From Glaucostegus cemiculus (taxonomy: Eukaryota): DNA of 64,000 bases. The number at the start of each line of letters is the position of its first letter. Positions within the stretch are counted from its first letter, which is position 1. The stretch covers positions 2,976,001-3,040,000 of the forward strand of contig CDPCPM010000021.1 of NCBI GenBank assembly GCA_976551045.1, in the 5' to 3' direction. Shown piece after piece: positions 1 to 10,315 of the stretch. Under the pieces are notes generated by a model, which was not told the origin of the DNA, ran no database searches, and saw only the letters and a list, made by a program, of their open reading frames with translations. A program made the translations under genes and the position numbers.

Positions 1-270
1 AGGACAAAAGGTTTAAGGTGCTGGGGAGTAGGTATAGAAGAGATGTCAGGAGTAATGTTTTTTTTTTACTAAGTGTGGTGAGTGTGTGGAATGGGCTGCC
101 AGCAACTGTGGTGGAGGCGGATATGACAGGGTCTTTTAAGAGACTATTGGATAGGTACATGGAGGTGAGAAAAATAGAGGACTATGGGTAAGCCTAGTAA
201 TTTCTAGGGTAGGGACATGTTGGTGGGCCGAAGGGTATGAACTGTGCTGTAGGTTTTTCTATGTTTCTAA
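1..270 (+). mobile_element. CR1 LINE 3' end (young subfamily)
   Basis: Similar to the 3' parts of 1032-1578 and 61383-61960; ends in a TTCTATG-like tail. Confidence 0.8.
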
Positions 271-2495
271 GATGTAGGGTTTGTTTGGTTGGAGATAGAA
301 AATATTAAGGGAAAGCAGTCATTGGAGGAAGTAATTAACAGGCTCACTAACAGTAGCCAGACTGTAGGTTTGTGTGAATCAAGAAATAATACAGGCTTGT
401 AAAAGTACTGTAATATGTTTGAGTAACTTTAACTTTCATGTGGATTGGACAAGTCAAATGGAAAAAGGTAACCTGGAGGATAAATTGAGTGTATTCAAGG
501 CATTTTCTTCAAACAATATACTATGGAACCAGCCACAGTATAGGCTTCTTCACATCTGATTATATAAAAGATTATTTATTGATCTCAAAGTAAAGGGTCC
601 TCTGGGAAACAGTGGTTATGACATGATAGAGTTTCATATTTGATTTGAGACTGAAAAATTGATGAATGAAGCTAGTGTCTTAAATTTAAATAAACATAAT
701 TATAAAAGCATGAACATAGGGTTGACTAAAGTAAAGTGGTAGTAAAGGCAGTAGTAAAGTAGTGGCAGACTTTTAAGTAGATATTATTTCACAATTGCTA
801 ACAATGGTTTATCCAGGAAGACCACAATAAGGATGATCCATCCATGGCTAACAAAGGAAGTTATCAAATTGAAAGAAAAGGTAAACATGCTATTACTAAT
901 TAGTGGATTGGAAAAAAAAATGAAAACCCATAAAGGATGACTAAAAGGGTAGTAAAGAGGTAGACTATGGATGCAAGTGAGCAAGAACCATTAAAATATA
1001 ATTGGAGCTTCTTTAAGTATGTAAGATGAAGTGTACTTGGAGTATTGTGCTCAGTTCTGGTCGCCTCACTACAGGAAAGATGTGGAAGCCATAGAGAGGG
1101 TGCAGAGGAGGTCTACAAGGATGCTGCCCGGAATGCGGACCATGCCTTATGAAAGCAGGTTGCGGGAACTTGGCCCTTTCTCTTTGGAGAGACGGAGGAT
1201 GAGGGAGGACCTGATAGAGGTATATAAGATGATAAGAGGTATTGATCGGGTAGATAGTCAGAGGCTTTTCCCCAGGGCTGAAATGGTGGCCACAAGAGAA
1301 CATAGGTTTAAGGTGCTGGGAGAAAGATATAGAAGTGATGTCAGGGGTAAGTTTTTTTACTCAGAGAGTGGTGAGTGCGTGGAATGGGCTGCCGGAAGCA
1401 GTGGTGGAGGCGGATACGATAGGGTCTTTTAAGAGACTGTTAGATAGGTACATGTAGCTAAGTGAAATAGAGGGCTATGGGAATGCCCAGTAACTTCTAG
1501 TGTAGGGACATGTTCAGCACAGCTTTGTGGGCTGAAGGGTCTGAATTGTGCTGTAGTTTTTCTACGTTCTATGTTCTAAAATGAAAGGGAACAGATAGAG
1601 TAAATGTTGGTCCCTTGGAGGGTGAGATTGAAGCATTAAAATACAATATAATGAAATAGCAAGACATTTCTGAACAAATATTTTGTATCTACATTCATGG
1701 AAGATAATAAAAGTATCCCATTAACAGTAGAAAATCCACAGATGATAGGACGAAGAAATTAGAGGTTAGGGGTATTCACTTGGGCTGCTTCTCATTTGAA
1801 GTTAGAAGAATAAGAATGAATTAACAAACACAAAATCCTGTGGGTGCATATGACAGGTTTGATCAGAGAGGATGCTCTTCTTTGTGAGGGAATTTAGCAA
1901 TTGAAGAGTGCAGAAAAGATCTACAAGGATGTTGCCAGGACTCATGCAACTGAGTTATAGGGAGAGGTTATATGGGGACTCAAGGACTAGAGAGCACAGG
2001 TTTAGGGTGAGAGGGGAAAGATAGGAACTTGAAGGGCAATTTTTTTCATTTCCACAGAGGGTGGTATGTGGGTGGAATGAGCTGTCAGAAGAAGTGGTTG
2101 AGGCAGGTACAATAACAACTTTTAAAAGATAATTGGACAGGTACAAGGTTTAGAAGGTTATAGGTCAAAACGCTGGCAAATGGTACTAGCTCGGATGGGC
2201 ATCTCGGGCTAAAGGGCCTGTCTCTGTGCTGCATGACTCTAATTTGAAGGCATAATTTAAGAATAAATCAACAAGTCAAGTCAGAAATGGGGACAAATTT
2301 CTTCTCTCAGGTCAGTAACAGTTGGAATTCTCTAGCCCAGAATATCATTAAATATATTCAAGTTAGGACAGCTAAATTTTGGAATATCGGGAAATCAAGA
2401 CTTATGGGGAACTGGCGGGAAAATGGGATTGAGGTCAAGATCTGATCAACTGTGATGTTATTGAATGGTTCTGGGCTCCTGTGTCGTATGCTCTT
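271..2495 (+). mobile_element. Old degraded CR1 (endonuclease region onward) interrupted by younger CR1 fragments
   Basis: Remnant NFNFHVDW (GDFN-like endonuclease motif) in ORF 374-559 and CR1-like 3' pieces at ~1900-2240 and ~2240-2495. Confidence 0.6.
1032..1578 (+). mobile_element. CR1 LINE, 5'-truncated, young
   Basis: ORF LEYCAQFWSPHYRKDVEAIERVQRR…FSLERRRMREDLIEVYK is the CR1 RT C-terminus; tail ttctacgttctatgttcta. Confidence 0.9.
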
Positions 2496-2622
2496 GAACA
2501 ACTAATACTGAATTGGGCAACTAAATTATAGGAACATGTAGCGCATACAGCAAAGGAACATTGCATCAAAGAAAATGCAGAGTATTAACTTCAAGCCTTA
2601 AAATATTATTTGTACTATTTAC

Positions 2623-3582
2623 CTTCAGAACAGTTCAATCCAATGTATGGTCTGAAACATTCACATCTGTAGTTGGTCAACAAATCAATACATTGACCCC
2701 TGCTCTGGCACGGGTCCCTCTGGCACCAGCCAGTCTTGCTGCACCCTGGTTTCACATTCAGCGCTGAATCAACCAAAAGAGTGTCCACGTCTATTACTTC
2801 TGACTCCACTGTCACGTCCTGAAGGCAACCGATAAAATGAGGCCAGGTCTGGGGCTGGGTACCACCTGGAAAATTTCCATAGTCATCCTCTATGCCCCCA
2901 AAGAATATGTTTTCAAATGCAGATGCAAGTTGGCCACTCTCCATCCCTACAAACTTCAGGATCGTGCATTCTCCTGAACAAGAATCGTCCAGGAGTTTGA
3001 CAGAAAAGTGACTCCTGAATGTCACTTCCACAGTGTGCCAGTCTCCGTCACTTACATTCTTAAAAATCTCAAGAGCGGCAACCAGTTCATTGCTTATTTG
3101 CAGAGATGCAGATAAATGCCCATTGTGTATTTCCAGTTTCATAAATGTTTCTCTGTTCCCTCTATGGAAAATAAGTGCATTGGACAGCAGAGTTCTACAC
3201 CTTAGGAATATGTGATAAGGAAGTTTATTTGTCGAGTCCTCATTTTTCTTAGTAAGTGATGTTTTAAAATGAAGATAGCCACTGATAGCAAAAGAAAATG
3301 TAGTTGATAGTTGACAGTTCAAACCAATGTAGCCATTAGCACAGCGGCAATGGTGCCTGTGTTGTGAATCTATCAGGTAAGGGATGCATGTTGCTTTGTT
3401 CTGGCATTCATGGTTCTCACATCCAGTCAGAATGTCTGTACAGTTCTGGCCTCCATAAAATATCCCCTGCGCATTGCCTGTTGGGCAGTGACAAACGTAA
3501 CCCTGCAGGGTATTCTGGCATGTTCCTCCATTTTGACAAGGGCTTGAGTCACACTCGTTAATATCCATCTCACAGTGCGAAC
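2623..3582 (-). CDS. CRB1: CRB1 exon 6 (two EGFs, laminin-G domain 1, EGF)
   Basis: Inside ORF 2615-3691. Acceptor tttcttttcaag|GT, donor GAAG|GTAAAT, 960 nt, phase 1-1. Motifs FYGGQNC, SDGDWHTVEV, AFENIFFGG, FIGCLQD and LNVKPGC…PCQSRGQC match CRB1 better than CRB2. Human exon recalled as 957 nt. Confidence 0.95.
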
Positions 3583-4765
3583 CTTGAAAAGAAAGAAAAT
3601 AAATTTTTGTTCTACTAATAGGTAATACGTTAAAAATTTTGTACATTGTGGATATAGTCTGAAGTTTATTGAATTTTTCAGTGACTATCATAAATTACTT
3701 CATTTTTCTCATGAAGCTATTATAGAGTTATATTGTACAGAATGAAAACACTGCAGTTGCTGGAAATCTGAAACAGAAATAGAAAATGCTGGAAACGGAC
3801 AACATGACTCCATTTCTCTTTTCATAGAAGCTGTCTGAACTGTTGAGTGTTTCTAGCACTGTCTTTAAATGGCTTCCCAATCCCCGCCCATGCTATCTCA
3901 GAGATTGTCTCTTCACATCACCTCTCATTTCTTTGCCAACCAGTTTAAATTTGTGCTATTAGCAAACGTTTAGTCTTTTTGTAGTTATTTATCTAGTCAG
4001 GAGTTCTGTCCTAACAACAGATGACACATAGTAATATTTTATATACTGTACATTGGTACCAACTTAATAGGACAGGATAGCCAATAGAATTGTGTTACTT
4101 TTTAAATTACAACGTTCTGTGTGCTGTTTATTATACATTTGTTCCACAGAGCAATGTACAAAATAAGTAAATAGCACTAATTTAAATATGAAATAACTTT
4201 GGGAAAATCAGTTCATAAATACTTAATTGTTTTATAACCCTCTATATTAAAGTGACAGCTGCTCTGTGGATTATGGAGATTAATCTATTATTGGTTAATG
4301 TGCGGAACACAAAAATCTCAGTGACTCTTAATTATGGAATTGCAGCTTAACATGCCTATTTTGGAGAAAAAAGATCAACCAAACTCAAGCAAATTATTGT
4401 CAGTTCAGTAAAACCATAAAGTCATTCCACATTAATTACATTTGAAAAATGCAAAAAGCTAGTTACACTTTTCAAAACATAAACCACGGTAACGATTATA
4501 ATGCTGGTTCCTCTGGATTGGTGCAACACCAATAAAAAAATCTTTGAATTTGAGTTAAGTCTAAATGATGCCCTGATCCTTCACCACACAATATTGACAT
4601 TTAATGACTGCAATGAAGTCAATAGAAGTATATTTGAAAAAACAGCAATTACACAGTGTTTATACATAGTATCATCACCTACTTTTTCCTCCTCCTGAGT
4701 ATTCATGTAACATCAATCTCCACTCTTATGCTCTTACAAAAGAATATTTTTTGAAAAAGATTTAC

Positions 4766-4814
4766 CTGCGACAACCATCATAAAAATGGAAGCCTTAAGA
4801 ACTGATAATACCAT
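4766..4814 (-). CDS. CRB1: Putative alternative first coding exon (CRB1-B / exon 5c-like), signal peptide MVLSVLKASIFMMVVA(G)
   Basis: ggagcaATGG start, 16 mostly hydrophobic codons, then G|GTAAAT donor. 49 nt phase 1, in frame with exon 6. Intron-5 position matches the mammalian CRB1-B first exon. Confidence 0.7.
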
Positions 4815-5660
4815 TGCTCCAAGAGAGATTTAAAAGGATCTGCAGCCAAATTTTTTAAAAACGAAGAAAATCTTCAACAATCCTTTAGTCTTGTGTCAGC
4901 TCAACCCCTGCTGATTGTAGTTCATTTCTCATTGTTAACTTATATCCTAATTGTACGCATTGTTCCTTTGTCTGCCATACCTGCTGACTCAGCTCATTGC
5001 TCAATGTTCTGAAAGCCAGATCAGCAAGGTTAAGCTTAAGAATTAGTCAATTCCTTGCTTACCCAACGGTCTGTCTCTGTGACCCATTTGTGCTACTCCC
5101 CACAACTATAACTAGAGTCACTGAAAAGAATATAAATAAATATTGGATTATAACTGTGGAAGAAAAACAATGTTGGAGCTAGTTCAAAATGTCACTTCTC
5201 TAGCAGTGCATTTTATCTTAAAGGCTATTTATTATTATAATCAGATTAAGTGATGTAATAGATTTTGTTGTATTATTACTTTCATTAAGTTATACATTGG
5301 TTTTAGCTGTTTTCAGTGGATTCATGTGTTCACATTGGTGCCAACCTGATGCTTTTATTTAAACTTTAAAAATGATAGTAACATGACTGCAAATACTGTG
5401 AACCATTACAAAGTTCTTTTGTGTGCTATTTTAATCCCATCACTTAAATAAGTTGGTTAACAAGTGTACAACACAGCAAAAAAGAGACAAAGGCAAAAAA
5501 CTATTCTGTCTCTAAAAGCCTCTGTTACAGATTTAAACAAGCTAAACTCTGACTTTTTAATCAGTTAAAGAAGAAATAGCCTCACTTTTCTCCACAATTT
5601 TTGATTGTTTTTAAAATCAGGAATAAAATGGCACAAAATCTACATTAATTTAGATTAAAA
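4815..5660 (-). promoter_or_regulatory. Putative photoreceptor internal promoter (Maf/NRL element plus CRX/OTX2 sites)
   Basis: TGCTGACTCAGCT at 4982-4994 (12/13 match to T-MARE), TAATCAGATTA at 5238-5248 (perfect K50 homeodomain dimer), GGATTA 5145-5150, TAATCC 5432-5437, TAATCA 5558-5563. TATA-like GATATAAG on the minus strand at 4939-4946. Confidence 0.6.
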
Positions 5661-5734
5661 TGTAGCAAGGTAAGGTTGTGCCAAATTTGGCAATGCTATT
5701 CTATCTAAGTAATTAGGTTCCAACAGTGCCTTTT

Positions 5735-6085
5735 CTCCAAATCAGAGGGTTGTGGATTCCAATTCCATTACAGAGATCTGAGCTCATAATTTAGTTTGGC
5801 ACCTCAGTTCAGCAGTGAAAAAAATGGTACACTGTAGAATGTGCCATCCTTCAGATGGGAGGTTGAATGAGGCCTTGTCTACATGCCTAAGATGATGTTA
5901 ATTTTGGAAAAGAGGTGTCCAGACCAATATTTATTATTGAACCATTATCATTAAACTAAATTATTTGGTTATGACTGTACTGTTTGAGAGAGTTTGGTGA
6001 TGCAAGTAGCTATGTTCCCTGACGACATTACATTGGTTGGTAGTGAAGGGCTTGGGATTATGAAAGGTGGAATAGATGCAAGAAC
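5735..6085 (+). mobile_element. SacSINE1/AmnSINE-like Deu-domain SINE, old
   Basis: Degenerate match to recalled SacSINE1 layout (tcagagggttgtgg…gtgccatccttcagatg…ccaatattt…attggttg…gaaagg); related copies at 26820 and 50410. Confidence 0.6.
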
Positions 6086-6820
6086 TCCCCATATTAAAAA
6101 GGTACCAATCTAACGACATTTCAGTCTGAAGGAGCTGTTGCCTAGAAACTCACTGCCAGTCAGTAAAGCTAAAAAGATTACTGTATATATTAACTCCTGC
6201 AGGCTGCACTCTTGAGTACCTGGCAGAGGCAGAGTATAACACTAACTTACTGCTATGAAGTGTTTTTAGGCATATATCTTTTCCTGGAAATTAATTGCTT
6301 AAAACTATGTGTGGCATGATAGAACCTTGCCCTTATAGGGCTAATGCATAGCCTGGTCACATTATTAGTTGGAATATTAAGAATACAGTGAAACATTACT
6401 ATCCTTGAAATTGCCTTGTGTAACTGGAGAAATCAATTGCAATGACATTTTGTAAATGTGAGCTTCAGATGGGCATTCCCTTTTACTATTGCTAGGAAAA
6501 GTCATGGTGGGGCAGTCATTTCTCTGACATCACGTATCCTGCCCTCCTCCTGCTGGAGGACATTGGAGAAAGGGAGAGCTCTTGGAGTTTTTTTTTTGAT
6601 ATAATGTTTCTTTCAGTAGAAAGAGCCAAAAACATGTTCCTATTCTCTCCATTGAAAATGGCACGTTAACCAGAACCCACCCCAAAAAAAGGTTTGCTTT
6701 CTCAGAGTGTATTTAACATGCTGTGCCAAAGCCACTGACTAAGCTTAAAATGGATGGATATAATCCGGTTAGAAATTTGTTCATCCAACTTCAAACAAAG
6801 TGGTGCGGTGCTACTGGGGT

Positions 6821-7085
6821 GGGGCAGCATGATAGCGCAGCGGTTAGCGCGACGCTGTTACAGCACCAGCGATCCGGGTTCGATTCCCGTCGCTGACTGT
6901 AAGGAGTTTGTACGTTCTCCCGTGTCTGCGTGGGGTTCCTCCGGGTGCTCCGGTTTCCTCCCACATTCTAAAAGACGTACTGGTAGGTTAATTGGGGGGG
7001 GGGGGGGGGTTAAAATGGGCGGCGCGGACTTGTAGGGCTGAAAGGGCCTGTTGCCATGCCGTAAATAAAATTTAGAAATTTAGAT
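6821..7085 (+). mobile_element. HE1-like tRNA-derived V-SINE, full length
   Basis: tRNA-like head with A box and B box (ggttcgattccc), V-domain (gtctgcgtgggg/ttcctccgggtgctccggtttcctcccaca), CR1-like tail (gggctgaaagggcctg) and AT-rich end. Confidence 0.85.
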
Positions 7086-7630
7086 TGACCCAACCTGGAG
7101 TGGAACAATTTTGCTTACAGTCTGGGGTGTCTTGGTGCTCAACAGGAAATTCATATCCTCTGTTTTGGTGAGATCTTTGTTATCCCTAGCCCTATTTTCC
7201 AGCATAAATCCCTCTGAGGATCCAACAGTAGTGCCACTTTAAAATTGTGCATGAAAAATCTCTAAGCCAGTGGTTTCCATTAGTTGATGAATCAAACCAT
7301 GGCAAGAAGCTCAATTCACCTTCAGCAGGCATCTATGTTAAGGACATTATTTCCTTTGTTAATATTTCTAAATTAGAATCTGGTTTCCATGTAACTAGTT
7401 CATTGATTTCTGACCTATACCATATCATTAAAGTGTTTTGCCAGCTGATAACACTTACTTGTAAGGTCAGTATCTAAATTAATTGTAATACCCAGATGAA
7501 AGAAAGGGCAAAATATTTAGCCTCACTTTGGCTCCAAGTACTGGTTTGCTACCAAAGTAAACTGAAATCTCTTCCAACTTCCATGTTATTTTTCAGGAAA
7601 CAAAATGAAAAGTGTAATTTTGAAAGTTAC

Positions 7631-7813
7631 CTGTAAATCCATGCCGACATTTACAGATGTAGCCAGAAGCATGCTCATAGCTGAAGACTACAGGCAATTC
7701 TGTAGTGTTTCCATACATGTTTTGCCAGGAGAGTTCAACACATTCCCCCCCATGTAGACAAGGATTACTGTAGCACTCATTGATATCAGTCTCACACTGT
7801 GCCCCCATAAAAC
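7631..7813 (-). CDS. CRB1: CRB1 exon 5 (EGF with Crumbs-type insert: [60 protein letters not shown])
   Basis: Inside ORF 7593-7850. Acceptor tttatccag|GT, donor ACAG|GTAACT, 183 nt, phase 1-1. The long loop in the EGF (ELS…FSY..ASGY) is typical of Crumbs proteins. Confidence 0.95.
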
Positions 7814-9753
7814 CTGGATAAAGATCACAAAATGCATATGATGACAACATTTATCTTTACTATCTGGACAGCATAATAGAATCAATCAATACTCTCCACC
7901 TGAGAGAGAGAGGGAATGAGGTAGGGAGGGAGCAGGGCGAGGATTGGGGGAGCGGGGGTGTGTGGAAAAAAACAAACACCTTAACTAACTTCTAATTCAA
8001 TACTCAAGTTCTTTAAACATGGTAGAAATTAGTAAATGAAGCAGAATAAAATATTATAACAGCTCTCATCTCTTCCACCTGCCACTTCTGACCTGATCTT
8101 CCACTCCTTCCTTCCTTGATTCAGTTTATTTCCTTTATCCTGCTTTTTTTTTTACACCCCCATTCACTCATCATCCATTCTCCTTTTATCTTTCTTCTTC
8201 CTGGTTTCCTGTTCTATTCTTCAATTCCCCTTACTTTTAGGTGAGCCTTTCCTTTTGTCTGCCACCTCCTTCCTACATTTGTTTCCACCCACCTTCTCCA
8301 CACCAAAGTTAAGAATACCTCAGTCAGCTCCAAGATATGCTGACAATCTGAATCAGAGGAAGGCAAGTACCGACAGCAGATAATGTCCATGGTTATGCAC
8401 AGCTGTCACTGACAATTGTGCCTCATGGAAGCTGCTTTTTCAGTTTGGACTTGACAAACATCTTGTTGGTTTTTTTTTAAAGAATGCAGCATTACTTTAC
8501 ACTTTCCTTGACGGTGTGATGGTAGTATTAGATTTAAACTTAAAAAAATATTCAATTCAAAAGCACTACTCTGCCAAATGTTGCTTTGTAAATGCTCAGC
8601 TATTCTTTGGCAGTCTGAGTTAAGTGAAATTGTCAGGGACCCTCACTGATATATTCATTCAGATTAATACATTGATTGATATTACACAGAATGTCTACAA
8701 GCATCCACAGCAGCTCCTACCCATTAACACTATGAAATATTAGTGATGGTGGAGTTGGTAGAGCAGTTCAAAAAGAATGTACAGCAATGCCTTTACTTTA
8801 TGGTTCTGCAGCAGTCAGTTAATCATGTAAAGGGATAATTTTATTTATTTACCATTACGTATTTAGCTTTGCTTATGTTGGTCCTCATTTTCCAGGTTTC
8901 AGCTTTCTGGAAAATAGTAATTTTAGCTTAATTCTTGACAGAGCTCCATATTCTAAGAACTTGTCACACATTGGGACTCTGAGTTTTTCAGAATCTCTCT
9001 TGACATTCCATACAATATAAATTACCAGTCAAGATACATGGCCATAAACACTTCCTAAAATAAATTTCATGATTTGTTTTCACCTTTTATAATTGCAATT
9101 ATGAACTTCACAGTATATTCTGTGACGTTGGGCAATGCTAGTTGCCATGTTGATTCAAATGACACACTACAAATTATGAGTTATTGTAGTAGACATCGAA
9201 TGACAATGTCATAATGAAGATTTCACACTCAGGCAAAGGAAATAAGTGGATATATAACGTTAGTGTTGTCATCTTGACTTAAAGCACATGTTAAATTACT
9301 TCATCCAATGAAGTACAATAATATCCAACTTCATCCAATAATATCACATTAATCACCAATCAACAGCTCAGTACATACCTGCTGAGCTATCTGCTGACTG
9401 AACCACAAGGGGAAACAAAACAAAATAAAAAGAGGGCAAGACAAAAATCAGTAGGTGGGCATAGCATGGGTATGATCCCATTGACAAAGCTAGCAACTTC
9501 CTCTGACAAGCAGGTACATTGACTGTGTAACTATGTATGTGGTGAGGTAAACCTCATGGGCATGAGTGCAGCAGACAGCACAAAATATTTGCAATCAGCA
9601 CATAAGGCAGGTAAAAACCCTGAATATATATTAAAAATATACATGGCTATATCTTCCCCAAATTAGAGAAATTAATATATATATGTGTAACAAATTTGTG
9701 TTGATTCCTTTAACAAGATTACATGCTTTAGACAAAATGTAAACATAACAAAC

Positions 9754-9893
9754 CTGGCCAACAATGACAAGTGTAATTTCCAGCAATATCCTGGCAGGTG
9801 GCACTATTGAGGCAGGGATGTGAAAGACAACTTGGGACGTAGACGTCACAGTGCAAACCAGTGTATCCACTGTTCACACAGTCACAGTTATAC
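9754..9893 (-). CDS. CRB1: CRB1 exon 4 ([46 protein letters not shown])
   Basis: Hand translation. Acceptor ttattgcag|G, donor CCAG|GTTTGT, 140 nt, phase 2-1. Same size as recalled human exon 4. Confidence 0.95.
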
Positions 9894-10114
9894 CTGCAAT
9901 AAGCAAATTAATAAAATTTAAAAGCAGACTGCCTTTTATGATCAGTGATCTTTCAGAAGAGTTTATAATGAGCAAACCAATGTCTTGTGACAATTAATAA
10001 TTATAGTTATAAGTAAGGATTGCAATATTTAAATTATTTATCTCAAGGACAAAAGTATTTTAAATTACTTATTCTTCAGTTATCCTTGATCTTATGGTCA
10101 CAGTAGAAGTGACT

Positions 10115-10315
10115 GTTTGGGTTTCGCCTGTGCTGTAGTTTCCTCCCGCATCCCAAAGACATGGGTTAATTGGTTACTGTAAATTACCCCTAGTGTCAGT
10201 GAGAAATGAGGAGAATTGGGACAGTTGATGGGTATGAGAGAGACATGGAATAGATGGGATTGCTCCGAGAGTCAACATAGACTAGATGGGCTGAATAGGC
10301 TATGTCATAGATAAA
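10115..10315 (+). mobile_element. V-SINE fragment, old
   Basis: gggtttc…tttcctcccgcatcccaaagac V-domain remnant. Confidence 0.55.

Noticed and set aside
1-2622. CRB1 exon 7
   Set aside because: The region is nearly all CR1 sequence and no laminin-G coding frame was found; the exon must lie beyond the window.
6821-6900. tRNA gene
   Set aside because: The A/B boxes belong to a SINE head followed by a V-domain and LINE-derived tail.
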